From: a virus
Lineage: Duplodnaviria; Caudoviricetes
IMG/VR virus record: IMGVR_UViG_3300029319_000040
Location: 1 to 60,885 of that record
DNA length: 60,885 bases
Reading direction: 5' to 3' (one strand)
The notes below the pieces were generated by a model. The model saw nothing but the letters and a program-made list of their open reading frames with translations. It ran no database searches and was not told the origin of the DNA. This document shows positions 9,171 through 19,025 of this stretch, piece by piece (within the stretch, counting starts at the first letter, position 1; every line of letters starts with the position of its first letter). The translations under genes and the position numbers were made by a program.

Positions 9171-9516
9171 AAAAAATGGTAGGTCGTTTAACGACAAGAT
9201 GATAGCACGTACTGTCCTACCAGTCATTTATTTGTGGATGGTATCTGCTGGCGCAGTTGTCGCTATGGGTATTTATCAACCTGACATTGTTTTAACTAAT
9301 CTTGATGGTTTTATTGCGTTGATTGCTATTATTGGTGGTGTTGCTGCTCCGGCATTTAACACTCTTATGCGTATGTGGGAATCAGAACAGGCCGCAGAAG
9401 TCGCTGAAATACCAGCAGACTTTGTGCATGAAAGAGAAAGAGAAGTTGAGCAACATCAACATACAATGATTGTAGAGAAACATGAGGCGGGTGTAACCAG
9501 TGGCAAAAAGTCCTGA
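9163..9516 (+). CDS. Two-helix membrane protein
   Basis: Two hydrophobic stretches and a charged C-terminal tail. Confidence 0.8.
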   Translation: MSKKNGRSFNDKMIARTVLPVIYLWMVSAGAVVAMGIYQPDIVLTNLDGFIALIAIIGGVAAPAFNTLMRMWESEQAAEVAEIPADFVHEREREVEQHQHTMIVEKHEAGVTSGKKS

Positions 9517-10945
9517 TGACTTTGATATGCTTGTACGCAAGGCAAAAACTCTTGCAGAGGCCACTGGTCGTTCCGAAGAAGATGTTCTAGCAGACCTAAT
9601 GGATGATGGTGTGCTTAACGAGTCTAATAAAGAAAAACGCGACCTTGTATCTGAACTAAAGGAAGCAGCCGAACTTATCAACACTGTCCAAGCAATCAAC
9701 AAAGAAGTATCTGACAATAAAGTATTGAATGGTAATGGAAACAGTACAAAGGTCGAAGTCGATACTACGCTAGAGGGAGACATAGTAGACCGGGCTATCG
9801 AATCTGTTCAACGCAAGGCTGAAAATATCAAAAAAATACTAATATTGATTTCGCCACTTTTCCTAATACTAGGTGGCGGTAGCCTAGAAATGTTTGGTAT
9901 CACAAACATGGTCGGTGACGATGAGCCTGATGATTACGATGATACCTATTACGAAGTTTGGGGATGCACTGATTACTCAGCAGAAAATTACGACGAGTAT
10001 GCAAATATGGATGATGGTACTTGTTATTATCCTACTTATGGTTGTACTAACGATGCCGCACCTAATTATGACCCCGAAGCCGATATAGATGATGGTTCAT
10101 GTGAGCCAAATCCGCCCCCACCAAGACCCGGTTGTACAGACCCCGAAGCAGAAAACTATGATGAAGATGCACAGGAAGACGACGGCTCTTGTGAATACAA
10201 TGAGCCTGAACCAGAACCAGAACCAGAACCAGAACCGGAGCCTGAGCCTGAACCTGAACCTGAACCAGAAAACAATTGCACAGTAGCCATAACTAATCAT
10301 TATAGAGGTCATGTGCAAGATGATGAAGAACAAGATGCTATTTTACTAGCATTTAGAATAGTCCCTAATGATTGCGACGAAGAAATCTTAGAAATAGATA
10401 TTGATTTGTATTCCCAAGGAAATGATGACGACCCTGAATATACTTACTTTGTTAGTGTCACTGGTGACGAAGTACACGACATATCACACACATTTGATGA
10501 TGTAGATGTAGGTGCTTGGATTCCTAGAATAACTGCATCTATTGATGATGAGATACAAGAAAGAGTTTGGTTTTGGGGAATAGACGTAGAGCAACAAGTT
10601 TGTGAAATAAATCTATATAGTATCAATATAGGAACTAACAATACATCTGCGGTTGTATTTTATGACCTTGATTGCGGCACAGAACAAAATGACCTTGGTG
10701 GTTACAATGTATCTGTACAATTCCTTGTATATGCTGTCAACTCAAGTGATGACCCTATTGAATATAACACATCTTTACATTATATTGAAGGCTATGAAGA
10801 CGATACACATATGCTTCGACTAAGTAATTTTACAAGCAACAATACAACAGTTTATGACTTCTACTGGTATGCTATATGGGAGGATGCTGACGGAGAGCAA
10901 CAATTTATCGAGCGTAGTTGGTTGAATAGAGAGTTAAGTCCTTGA
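9500..10945 (+). CDS. Membrane-anchored acidic surface protein with three GCT(D/N)..A.NYD..A..DDG.C repeats and an (EP)n linker
   Basis: TM helix ILILISPLFLILGGG; three Cys/Asp repeats; EP repeat at ~10202-10270; beta-rich C-terminus. Confidence 0.85.
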   Translation: MAKSPDDFDMLVRKAKTLAEATGRSEEDVLADLMDDGVLNESNKEKRDLVSELKEAAELINTVQAINKEVSDNKVLNGNGNSTKVEVDTTLEGDIVDRAIESVQRKAENIKKILILISPLFLILGGGSLEMFGITNMVGDDEPDDYDDTYYEVWGCTDYSAENYDEYANMDDGTCYYPTYGCTNDAAPNYDPEADIDDGSCEPNPPPPRPGCTDPEAENYDEDAQEDDGSCEYNEPEPEPEPEPEPEPEPEPEPEPENNCTVAITNHYRGHVQDDEEQDAILLAFRIVPNDCDEEILEIDIDLYSQGNDDDPEYTYFVSVTGDEVHDISHTFDDVDVGAWIPRITASIDDEIQERVWFWGIDVEQQVCEINLYSINIGTNNTSAVVFYDLDCGTEQNDLGGYNVSVQFLVYAVNSSDDPIEYNTSLHYIEGYEDDTHMLRLSNFTSNNTTVYDFYWYAIWEDADGEQQFIERSWLNRELSP

Positions 10946-10953
10946 GGTGAAAA

Positions 10954-11385
10954 ATGTTCGACATTTTACAAGAAGTCGAACTAAAAGAGCGGCTGGAAAA
11001 CTTTCAAAGTTCTACTGACAAAGGTTATCCTGAATCTGTAACGCCACTTACATACTACACTAAAAAAGAAAATGATAAGATTTTAGCCTACTCTTCTTTT
11101 TCTGATATGGGTGATTTTTACTTTGTAGGTAACACTTACGTTATGCCGCATAGTAGAGGGCAAGGAATATACGGTAGATTACTAACTAGCAGAAATAAAC
11201 ACCTGTCTGACAAACCAAAGGTAACTCTTGTGAATCCAATCGAGGGTACAGATATAGAAATACTAAAAAATCAAGTGGCTAAACAAGGCGGTGTAGAAGT
11301 TACTTGTTATGAGCAAGTTGCAGATATAATGACCCAAGACCTTTACAAAACACTATGTTGTTTGCCGGTCTACATATACAGGTGA
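10954..11385 (+). CDS. GNAT-family acetyltransferase
   Basis: Motif A YVMPHSRGQGIYGRLL (V.P..RG.G). Confidence 0.8.
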   Translation: MFDILQEVELKERLENFQSSTDKGYPESVTPLTYYTKKENDKILAYSSFSDMGDFYFVGNTYVMPHSRGQGIYGRLLTSRNKHLSDKPKVTLVNPIEGTDIEILKNQVAKQGGVEVTCYEQVADIMTQDLYKTLCCLPVYIYR

Positions 11386-11389
11386 TACC

Positions 11390-13918
11390 ATGCCGGACCC
11401 GAAGCCAAATGAGAGTCGGGACGACTATATGGATAGGTGTATGGGTGATGATAAAATGGTAGAGCAGTTTGGTAATCCTAAACAAAGGGCTGCTGTATGC
11501 AATTCTTATTTTGAAGAGGGTAAAGCAGCATCAGAAGAATACGAAGATTGGGGAGAAAATGCTACGGCAGCAGAATACAAAGGTCGTAGTGTAACACTTA
11601 ACAAACCCTTTAGAACACCTAACGAAAGTAAAAAGTTCGGTGTGTATGTTAAAAATCCTAGTGGTCGCGTAATCATTGTAAGATTTGGCGACCCTAACAT
11701 GGAAATAAAACGCGATGACCCAAAGCGACGTAAGGCATTTCGTGACCGACATAACTGCGATACTGCAACAGATAAAACTACTCCTAGATATTGGTCATGT
11801 AGACAGTGGGAAAGTGGCCGAAGAGTAGAGGCAGAGTTTTCTGTTTGTGCTAGTTGTGAAACACAGGCTGCTTGTGCCGAGGCAGAAAATTGTATGGGTA
11901 ACGCAGAGGCACAAAAAGACCCACGTTCTACACCAGCCCCACCAAAAGATAGAAAGAAAGGCTCTAAGAGAAACAAGCCGGGTTCTGCTAGACCGGGCGG
12001 TAAAATTACTTTTTCAGAAAGTGTTACTAAGTCACTACAAAAGAAAGTAAAAGAACACAACGAAAAATCAGACCGTAAAGTTACACTAGGCAAATTGAAG
12101 GCTGTATATCGTAGAGGTGCTGGTGCTTACTCTACTTCTCACAGACCGGGGGTATCAAGGGCTGCTTGGTCTATGGCAAGAGTCAATGCCTTTCTTACAT
12201 TAGTTAGAAGAGGTAGACCTGCTAATCCTAAATATACGCAAGATAACGACCTTTTACCTTCTAACCATCCTAGAGCATCAGAAGAGTTGAATAATCACTC
12301 CGAAGATTTGGTCGCTATGGGCGGTTGCGATTGTGACTGTGATGATAACGCAATCGCTGAAAGAAACGGAGAAATGTACGATAACCCCGGCGAGGCTATG
12401 GACCGTGCTAAAGAAATGGGCTGTAATAAAATACATACTCACGATATAGAAGGCAAAACTATGTTTATGCCATGCGGCGATATGGAAGAATACCGTGAGA
12501 AAATGAAAGAGGCTTCTTATCATGATAAGAAAAAATATATGGCTTCTGATGAAGATGAATGGTATGATGATGACGAAATCATGGAAATGATGCTAGACAA
12601 CGCAGAAGCAAAAGAGCATTACAATACACCAACTCCGAAATCAGATGAAACTCATAAAGAATACATGGATAGATGTATGGCTATGGGCAACAGCGAAGCA
12701 GCGTGTAAGATAGCGCATGAAGGACATAAATTCAAAGACCAAGATAAACCACATACTAGGTCTGACCACGAAGCAAAACACAAGAAAGACCATGAAGAAG
12801 ATAAGTATGGTTATGCAGAAGAAATCTCTGTTACTATCGATTTAGATGTCTCAGATGTTGTTGCAGTTGTAGAGGCTACTACAAAACAAACTATACTAGA
12901 GATACGTGGAATTGCTTTTCACGAAGGTATGAATAAGAATAAATGGTCCCTAACTCGCGAAGGTGCAGAGATTGTGGTTGAGCAAATGGTGGGAGCAGAT
13001 GTAACACTCAACCATCCCAAAGCCCGTGAGGAAGGGGCGGGTTTTACCCGCAACATGAATGGTGATGTTGACGAAGCCGTTGTCGGTGTAGTCAAACAAG
13101 CATCCATTCGTGACCTTTCCGATGGTCGTTGGGAAGTAACTTATGTGGCTCATGTAATACGCACAGAATTATTTTCTGCTCTTGAATCTGGTCTTTGGAA
13201 CCGTGAAAACTATGGAGTTTCCATAGGAGGTACAGGAATACCAGTATCGTCCTCCGAGGACGGAATTGTGTTCGGTGAAAGGTTCCGATTTGACCATCTA
13301 GCGATAGTACACAAGCCAGCATATCCAAGGGCTAATATCGAATCAGTCAAGCGAATTAAAGCCGAAAAGGTAGAAATGAAAGCATCTGAAATGCTTAAGT
13401 ATGACTCAATACTTGACCAAGAACAACAACAGGTGATTGCTATGACCGATGAAGAAATGAATGACGCTAACAGCGAGATTGAAGCACTTAAGGCTCAACT
13501 TGTTTTAGCAAACGCAAGAGTAAACGAATTTGAGGCCGCAGAAGAAGCCCGCGCAGAAGAAGTAAGAATGGAATTAGTTTCCGAGGCTTCTGAACTAGGC
13601 ATGAGCGGTCATGACGACCTATCCACAGACACACTAAAGAGTCTAATCGCATCTTGGCGCGAATCTCATCCAGACCCGGAGCCAGTAGAAATGGCTCCTG
13701 TTGCAGAACCAGAGGTTGCTTCCGAAGAAGTTATTGCTTCCGAGAAGCCAACTGCTGTGGTTTCTAACTACCTCAACGGCAAACTTGTCGAAACCGATGC
13801 AAAGGCTTACGAAAAGGCATGGAACGCATGGGCTTCCGCTTGGAACAAGACACTTGCTGTTGCAGAGCGTGATTCAATGCGCGCACCAAGTTTTGAAGAA
13901 AGAATGGAGATGATTTAA
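11390..13918 (+). CDS. Multidomain prohead protease/scaffold protein
   Basis: Lies between portal and capsid; C-terminal half has protease-like TLNHP, GVSIG and DHLAIVHKPAY, then a coiled-coil scaffold; N-terminal half is a string of small Cys/His modules. Confidence 0.8.
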   Translation: MPDPKPNESRDDYMDRCMGDDKMVEQFGNPKQRAAVCNSYFEEGKAASEEYEDWGENATAAEYKGRSVTLNKPFRTPNESKKFGVYVKNPSGRVIIVRFGDPNMEIKRDDPKRRKAFRDRHNCDTATDKTTPRYWSCRQWESGRRVEAEFSVCASCETQAACAEAENCMGNAEAQKDPRSTPAPPKDRKKGSKRNKPGSARPGGKITFSESVTKSLQKKVKEHNEKSDRKVTLGKLKAVYRRGAGAYSTSHRPGVSRAAWSMARVNAFLTLVRRGRPANPKYTQDNDLLPSNHPRASEELNNHSEDLVAMGGCDCDCDDNAIAERNGEMYDNPGEAMDRAKEMGCNKIHTHDIEGKTMFMPCGDMEEYREKMKEASYHDKKKYMASDEDEWYDDDEIMEMMLDNAEAKEHYNTPTPKSDETHKEYMDRCMAMGNSEAACKIAHEGHKFKDQDKPHTRSDHEAKHKKDHEEDKYGYAEEISVTIDLDVSDVVAVVEATTKQTILEIRGIAFHEGMNKNKWSLTREGAEIVVEQMVGADVTLNHPKAREEGAGFTRNMNGDVDEAVVGVVKQASIRDLSDGRWEVTYVAHVIRTELFSALESGLWNRENYGVSIGGTGIPVSSSEDGIVFGERFRFDHLAIVHKPAYPRANIESVKRIKAEKVEMKASEMLKYDSILDQEQQQVIAMTDEEMNDANSEIEALKAQLVLANARVNEFEAAEEARAEEVRMELVSEASELGMSGHDDLSTDTLKSLIASWRESHPDPEPVEMAPVAEPEVASEEVIASEKPTAVVSNYLNGKLVETDAKAYEKAWNAWASAWNKTLAVAERDSMRAPSFEERMEMI
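13442..13918 (+). CDS. Nested in-frame scaffolding protein (internal start), 158 aa
   Basis: AGGTGA RBS 5 nt before in-frame ATG 13442; TATA-like CTTAAGTA at ~13394; acidic coiled-coil product MTDEEMND... Confidence 0.65.
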   Translation: MTDEEMNDANSEIEALKAQLVLANARVNEFEAAEEARAEEVRMELVSEASELGMSGHDDLSTDTLKSLIASWRESHPDPEPVEMAPVAEPEVASEEVIASEKPTAVVSNYLNGKLVETDAKAYEKAWNAWASAWNKTLAVAERDSMRAPSFEERMEMI

Positions 13919-13919
13919 G

Positions 13920-14342
13920 ATGGTACAATTTAGTGGCGCAGACCCAAGAAACGGAACTCTAAAGACCGGAACCACTGTTAGTGGACCGGGACTTTTACTA
14001 ACTCACGACAGCACTAACAACACATTAGACCTAACAGCGAATAACGAAATCGCTATCGGTGTATCAGCAGGTGATTCAACCCGCGATGTTGATGGTGTTC
14101 TACAAACTTCTGCTGGAGCAAAAGTATCTTTCTTCCCATTAGGCGGAGTTTTGATGGTACAATCACAAGCATCCCAAACATACACTACCGGACTTTTAGT
14201 ATATGCACAAGCAGATGGATTAGTCGGTACAACTTCCTCTTCCCGAAAACTTTTGGGAATTTACGTAGGAGAAGGAGAAACTACTAGCAGTAGTGCTGGT
14301 GATATGATTCCTGTTATGACTGCTGGAGCGGCAACTGCTTAA
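13920..14342 (+). CDS. Capsid decoration/cement protein
   Basis: 140-aa Gly/Thr/Ala-rich beta protein immediately before the major capsid gene. Confidence 0.7.
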   Translation: MVQFSGADPRNGTLKTGTTVSGPGLLLTHDSTNNTLDLTANNEIAIGVSAGDSTRDVDGVLQTSAGAKVSFFPLGGVLMVQSQASQTYTTGLLVYAQADGLVGTTSSSRKLLGIYVGEGETTSSSAGDMIPVMTAGAATA

Positions 14343-14346
14343 GGAG

Positions 14347-15267
14347 ATGAATAAAATGGCAAACGAAACATTAGACACAATATTGAACGCAGAAGCGGCT
14401 GCTGGGCCTTTTGGACCGGGCGACCAAGTTCTTGAGCAGACTTTAAGAGACTTTATCCAACTACAATCTAACGTCATCAGCGTTGGTACAAATCTTGTCG
14501 GAGTACGAAGTGTACCTTGGCTAGACTTCAAATGGTTCACTGGAATCACTGGAACTTTTACCTACCCATTAGATGATGTAGCAATCGTAGACCCAACAAA
14601 GATTGGAACTGCTAACTACTCAGTACAATTAGAGAAGGGACAGGGACGATGCACTTTCCTAGACGCTGTAAGACTCAGAGGCGAATCCTTTGAGAACATC
14701 GACAGGCAACAGTTGGCAATCATTCGTGGTCGTGCAGATACTATCGACAACCACATTCTAACAAAATTGATGGCTGGTGCTGGACAAACCAAGGCTGCAA
14801 CTGCTACCTTTGGTGCTTCTACTGCTGATGAGGAAAAAGACTTGTTAGATTCTATGGACTTAATCTTCGCTAACGCAAAGGTTTCTGGTGACGAGCCAAT
14901 GGCTCTTGTACTACCTGCTGACAAGAGAAGTGCTATGCTAAACACACAACTCTTTGGTAACGTAGTAGAGTCAATGACTGACCACCTACGAAGAATCGCT
15001 AACTTGACTGTGTACTACTCCCGTGATTTCGGTTCATCCAGTGCGCTAGGAAACGACGCTTTGTTGATGATTCCGGGCGGAGAAACTGCTGAATTCTTCA
15101 CATACAACGGACCGGGCTACCAAGAAACAGAATTGACTCGTATTCCGGGCGTCGGTTTCGACTGGCTCTTGACTGGTTACATGGGTACTGTTATCCATGA
15201 GTTCCAAGACGGTGCATCTGCTGGTACTAACAACCGAATTGTGAAGATTACAGGCGTAAGGGCTTAA
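14347..15267 (+). CDS. Major capsid protein (HK97 fold)
   Basis: 306 aa, position after protease/decoration; IDNHIL backbone-helix-like segment, C-terminal RIVKITG. Confidence 0.8.
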   Translation: MNKMANETLDTILNAEAAAGPFGPGDQVLEQTLRDFIQLQSNVISVGTNLVGVRSVPWLDFKWFTGITGTFTYPLDDVAIVDPTKIGTANYSVQLEKGQGRCTFLDAVRLRGESFENIDRQQLAIIRGRADTIDNHILTKLMAGAGQTKAATATFGASTADEEKDLLDSMDLIFANAKVSGDEPMALVLPADKRSAMLNTQLFGNVVESMTDHLRRIANLTVYYSRDFGSSSALGNDALLMIPGGETAEFFTYNGPGYQETELTRIPGVGFDWLLTGYMGTVIHEFQDGASAGTNNRIVKITGVRA

Positions 15268-15305
15268 TCTTAACAACGGGTTGATAATACTAGGACGGTG
15301 GAAAA

Positions 15306-15737
15306 ATGACAAAGAACATTAACAGAAAATTACAAAACCTACTTGATGGTGAAGCATCTAGGCCGGTTACAGCAAACGCTACTTCTGATGTTCCTCTTTT
15401 CCCTCTTGTGTATAAGATTGAAGTTACTGGCGGAGCAACTGCTAACTACGACATCACTGTTGCAGAAAGTTGCCAAGTTATTGATATTTATATTATTAAC
15501 AACGCTGCTGGAGACACATCTGATACAATACAAGTAACAAAAGGAACTGGTTCTAACCATATTAGTAACGCTATTGACAACTCTGGTGCTGCTGGTGCTG
15601 TTGTTGCTGCTTCAAGTTTGAGTGCAAGTCACAGAACTTTGGCTGCTGGAGATACACTTCGCGTAACACAGACTGATAACTCCGGTAGCGATGCTGGTGC
15701 AACATCTGTATATGTTGTAGTGTATAGAACTGCTTAA
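15306..15737 (+). CDS. Putative virion structural protein (beta-rich)
   Basis: Small-residue-rich, LAAGDTLRV; located in head module. Confidence 0.6.
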   Translation: MTKNINRKLQNLLDGEASRPVTANATSDVPLFPLVYKIEVTGGATANYDITVAESCQVIDIYIINNAAGDTSDTIQVTKGTGSNHISNAIDNSGAAGAVVAASSLSASHRTLAAGDTLRVTQTDNSGSDAGATSVYVVVYRTA

Positions 15738-15738
15738 G

Positions 15739-16104
15739 GTGATACTTTTGGCTACTAAGGCTGGTCTTGCCAAACAACTGCGTAAGCAAGGCATACCTAT
15801 TCCGAAGGATGGCAAAATTGCTGATTATGAGCATAGGCTTAAACACTGGCTACCCGGACCCGGATGGATTGTAAGATTGGCCAAACCATCTACAAGAATG
15901 CCGGACCATCCAGTACGACTTCTAACTGATACAAAAGCGATGTATTGGATTCCTAACAGTGATATGGCTAAAGAAATTATAGAAAGCAAAATAGTGTTTG
16001 TCCTACAAAGAACTACGGAACCTCTAAAAGACACCGTAGTAATAGAGATACCAAAGGACTACGGAGTGAATAGCGATGACAGTGACAGTAACACAGATTC
16101 GTGA
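15739..16104 (+). CDS. Hypothetical protein
   Basis: 121-aa ORF in morphogenesis operon. Confidence 0.7.
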   Translation: MILLATKAGLAKQLRKQGIPIPKDGKIADYEHRLKHWLPGPGWIVRLAKPSTRMPDHPVRLLTDTKAMYWIPNSDMAKEIIESKIVFVLQRTTEPLKDTVVIEIPKDYGVNSDDSDSNTDS

Positions 16105-16507
16105 CTTGTTAAATCGCCCGCGTGGTCTTAACGAAGGCACAATTACAGAGTACATTACTATTCGTACCGCAGAAGTAAATAAAAAGGCTCGCGGTGCAAA
16201 CTTTGGTGTGACTGCTGATAACGCACCAACAGATGCTCTAAAGGAATCAGCGATAAAATTCTTAGTATGTGTAGATTGTCTGCGCGTACTTATTGATACT
16301 ATACCAGCAGTACACCCTGAAAAAAAACAGGGTACTCAAGATATTAGGTATAATCAACAATTGAAGTCCTTTGAAAAACAGGCACTTGAAGCACTCCGCA
16401 CCATAGAAGAAAAGGGAGGCTCTGCATTTTATGTAAGTAATACAGCAACCCGTGTGGGCGGAACAGCGAGTGGAGCGCAGTTATCGGGTTCTTTAAACGA
16501 TGATTGA
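16076..16507 (+). CDS. Putative head-tail adaptor-like protein
   Basis: Helical TVTQIRDLL...ITEYI...AIKFLVC pattern, size and position. Confidence 0.5.
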   Translation: MTVTVTQIRDLLNRPRGLNEGTITEYITIRTAEVNKKARGANFGVTADNAPTDALKESAIKFLVCVDCLRVLIDTIPAVHPEKKQGTQDIRYNQQLKSFEKQALEALRTIEEKGGSAFYVSNTATRVGGTASGAQLSGSLNDD

Positions 16508-16515
16508 TAGTATGA

Positions 16516-18678
16516 GTGGGTGTTATGGCGGTAGTTACTTGGATAGGCGGTAGTTCGACAGATGGAGCGGTTGCGGCGAATTGGAGTACCGGAGGACTTC
16601 CCAGCGCAGCAGATACCATCGTGTTTGATAATAACGCAACCCAAAATTGTAACTTTAGTTCGTCGGCTGTGTCTCAGGTTGTCCAGATTCAGATAAAATC
16701 TACATTTAATCATCAAATAGTTTTTGGAACATCTACTCACGCTATATCATTACAATCTATGATTATAGAAAAAACTGCTGCCATAGCAGCAACCACAGCA
16801 ACTACTTTTGCTTTTTCACACTCTTCCTTTCCTTTTACCAGTGGTGGGTTAGGTACATATGTTTCTTTTATATTAGGAAGTCCAGAACTTAATGATGCTA
16901 CTTTAGGTGTTTTTGTTGATGCTACTTCTCGTAGTAATGTAACATATACATTTGCTAATCCAGCATCTAGTAAAATGGTTATGGATGACGGTGTATATCC
17001 TAATGTAACTATAACTGCTCAAAGCGGAACTGCGTTTTTTAGTATGACTTATGGTACACCCGGAACAACTTTTGGAAAAGTAGATATGCTTAACTTCAAT
17101 GTATCTTCGGCAGTAGAAATACGAGAAAGTTCTGGTACTTATTATCCCTCTGCAAATGATAGTCTTAAGAAATTTAAGTTTGGTGGTACACTAACAATAG
17201 CAAGTAATTTTTTTGAGGCTTACAAATCACAAGTTGAATTTGTTGGCACATCTGGTACTTTGACTTTTCCAGCCGAAGGGCAAACTGCTACATATGGCGA
17301 TGGTACTTCATTTAGTACACAATTTCACGATGTTGTTATAACGGCAAACACAGCAGGTCATAGTGTAGGTTTAGCAGCAGGTAGAGTACTATCTTGTAAT
17401 TATCTTGAGATAGGGGAAGGTGCTAAATTTATTGGTCCGGCTACTCATCCCGGCGCAGAAATAAGGTCTATCAAAAGACCTTCTATATTTGGTACTTGGA
17501 ACTTTTCACAGGTAGCAGATGGTATTTACTCTTCTAACGACTCTAGGCCGTTTATGGGTGTACCACAAGGAGGCACAGGACTAATAACACATACCAAAGA
17601 TTTACTACTATTTGGTAATGACCAAAACGCTCTTGCATCTGACGCTAACTTAAGTTTTTCAAATAGCATTCTTCATGCAGACCAAGGTGTAAAAATAACT
17701 GAATCAGCAGACGCTCCCGACCATGTAGCAGGTACAGGTATTTTATGGGTCCATGATGATAACCCAAGCAACCTATACTTTACAGATGATGGGGGTAACG
17801 ATATAGCATTGACTAATGCTGGCTCTGCCGTTGGTGGCGGTGGTGGTATTACAGCACTTACAGGAAACGTAACCGCTAGTGGTTCTGGTTCTGTGGCTGC
17901 TACTATTGCTGACGAGGCTGTAACATATGCAAAGATGCAGCACGTATCAGCAACAAGCAGAGTATTAGGTAGGATTAGTTCTGGTGCTGGAGATGTTGAA
18001 GAACTTACAGGTGCTAACATTCGCACTATTGCTAATGTTGAAGATGGCGCAGATGTTACTGATGCAACCAATGTTAAATCAGCGTTAGATGGTATGTCAA
18101 TCACTAGCGTAACCCCTGCCGTAAATGATGAAATACTTATCCAAGACACAGACGATAGTGACAACCTAAAAACTGTTACATTTTCTGACATGGCTACTAC
18201 CGTACTTACTGGTGCGCCCGGTACAGGCACTATGGTAACTGAGTTTGTTGGAGTGCCTAGTGGAACCCCTAGCATAAATAGCGCAACATGGACAGACGTA
18301 AGTTTGGATGGTACTCCATTAGTAGGCTCTACATCAGATGTGCCTAACTACGCAGGTGGCGGCACTAAAAAAGGTTATACCATACCAGCAGACGGTCTTT
18401 ATTATGTTGAAGCGGCAGTAGGTTTTTCTGGATGGGCTGGTAACGATACCACTTATTACATCGCTAGAATCACACAGAATAGTAGTGGAGGAAGTGCATC
18501 GTTGGGTGCTACGTTTAGCCTTACTGGTAACAGTGATGGTGGAGACATAAATCCTGTGCAGTATTATCTAGCATTATCACAAAATGACCAAGTAGGTTTA
18601 GCAGTTTATCAGAATATTGGTTCTGCTAAAACAATTTATTTCGCGCAGTTATCAATTAGAAGGGTGTATGGAGTATGA
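16516..18678 (+). CDS. Fibre/receptor-binding-like protein
   Basis: 720 aa Gly/Thr/Ser-rich; VPQGGTG and GITALTGNV fibre motifs; C1q/TNF-like C-terminus (YTIPADGLYYV...LSQNDQVGL). Confidence 0.7.
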   Translation: MGVMAVVTWIGGSSTDGAVAANWSTGGLPSAADTIVFDNNATQNCNFSSSAVSQVVQIQIKSTFNHQIVFGTSTHAISLQSMIIEKTAAIAATTATTFAFSHSSFPFTSGGLGTYVSFILGSPELNDATLGVFVDATSRSNVTYTFANPASSKMVMDDGVYPNVTITAQSGTAFFSMTYGTPGTTFGKVDMLNFNVSSAVEIRESSGTYYPSANDSLKKFKFGGTLTIASNFFEAYKSQVEFVGTSGTLTFPAEGQTATYGDGTSFSTQFHDVVITANTAGHSVGLAAGRVLSCNYLEIGEGAKFIGPATHPGAEIRSIKRPSIFGTWNFSQVADGIYSSNDSRPFMGVPQGGTGLITHTKDLLLFGNDQNALASDANLSFSNSILHADQGVKITESADAPDHVAGTGILWVHDDNPSNLYFTDDGGNDIALTNAGSAVGGGGGITALTGNVTASGSGSVAATIADEAVTYAKMQHVSATSRVLGRISSGAGDVEELTGANIRTIANVEDGADVTDATNVKSALDGMSITSVTPAVNDEILIQDTDDSDNLKTVTFSDMATTVLTGAPGTGTMVTEFVGVPSGTPSINSATWTDVSLDGTPLVGSTSDVPNYAGGGTKKGYTIPADGLYYVEAAVGFSGWAGNDTTYYIARITQNSSGGSASLGATFSLTGNSDGGDINPVQYYLALSQNDQVGLAVYQNIGSAKTIYFAQLSIRRVYGV

Positions 18679-18854
18679 GTAAAACATTACAACAAGTATT
18701 GGCAGAACAATATCCTACACTTGACCAAGTGCTTTACGGTGTGGTCGGTTGGGATGCGACGAACAATCAATCTGTTTTTATACGCAGGGCATGGCCTTCT
18801 GACCTTGGTACTGCACCAACAGACACACAACTTACGGAGTGGATGAATGAATGA
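18675..18854 (+). CDS. Small fibre-associated protein, 59 aa, not in ORF track
   Basis: MSKTLQQVLAEQYPTL...AWPSDLGTAPTDTQLTEWMNE*; ATGA overlap with fibre gene; W...PTD.QL pattern like fibre chaperones. Confidence 0.65.
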   Translation: MSKTLQQVLAEQYPTLDQVLYGVVGWDATNNQSVFIRRAWPSDLGTAPTDTQLTEWMNE

Positions 18855-19021
18855 GCAAAAGAAAAGGAAAAATAGTGTATTTACCGCCGGAAAAGTCTTT
18901 TACCAATGTGAACATTGAAGAGACACCACATGGCTACAAGATTTACAGGCCGGGGGCAGATAGACCTTTTACAGTGATTCCGTTGTCGGCAGTTAAGCAA
19001 ATAGTATATGATAGAGAGTGA
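18851..19021 (+). CDS. Hypothetical protein, 56 aa, not in ORF track
   Basis: MSKRKGKIVYLPPEKSF...IPLSAVKQIVYDRE*; ATGA overlap. Confidence 0.65.
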   Translation: MSKRKGKIVYLPPEKSFTNVNIEETPHGYKIYRPGADRPFTVIPLSAVKQIVYDRE

Positions 19022-19025
19022 AAAA

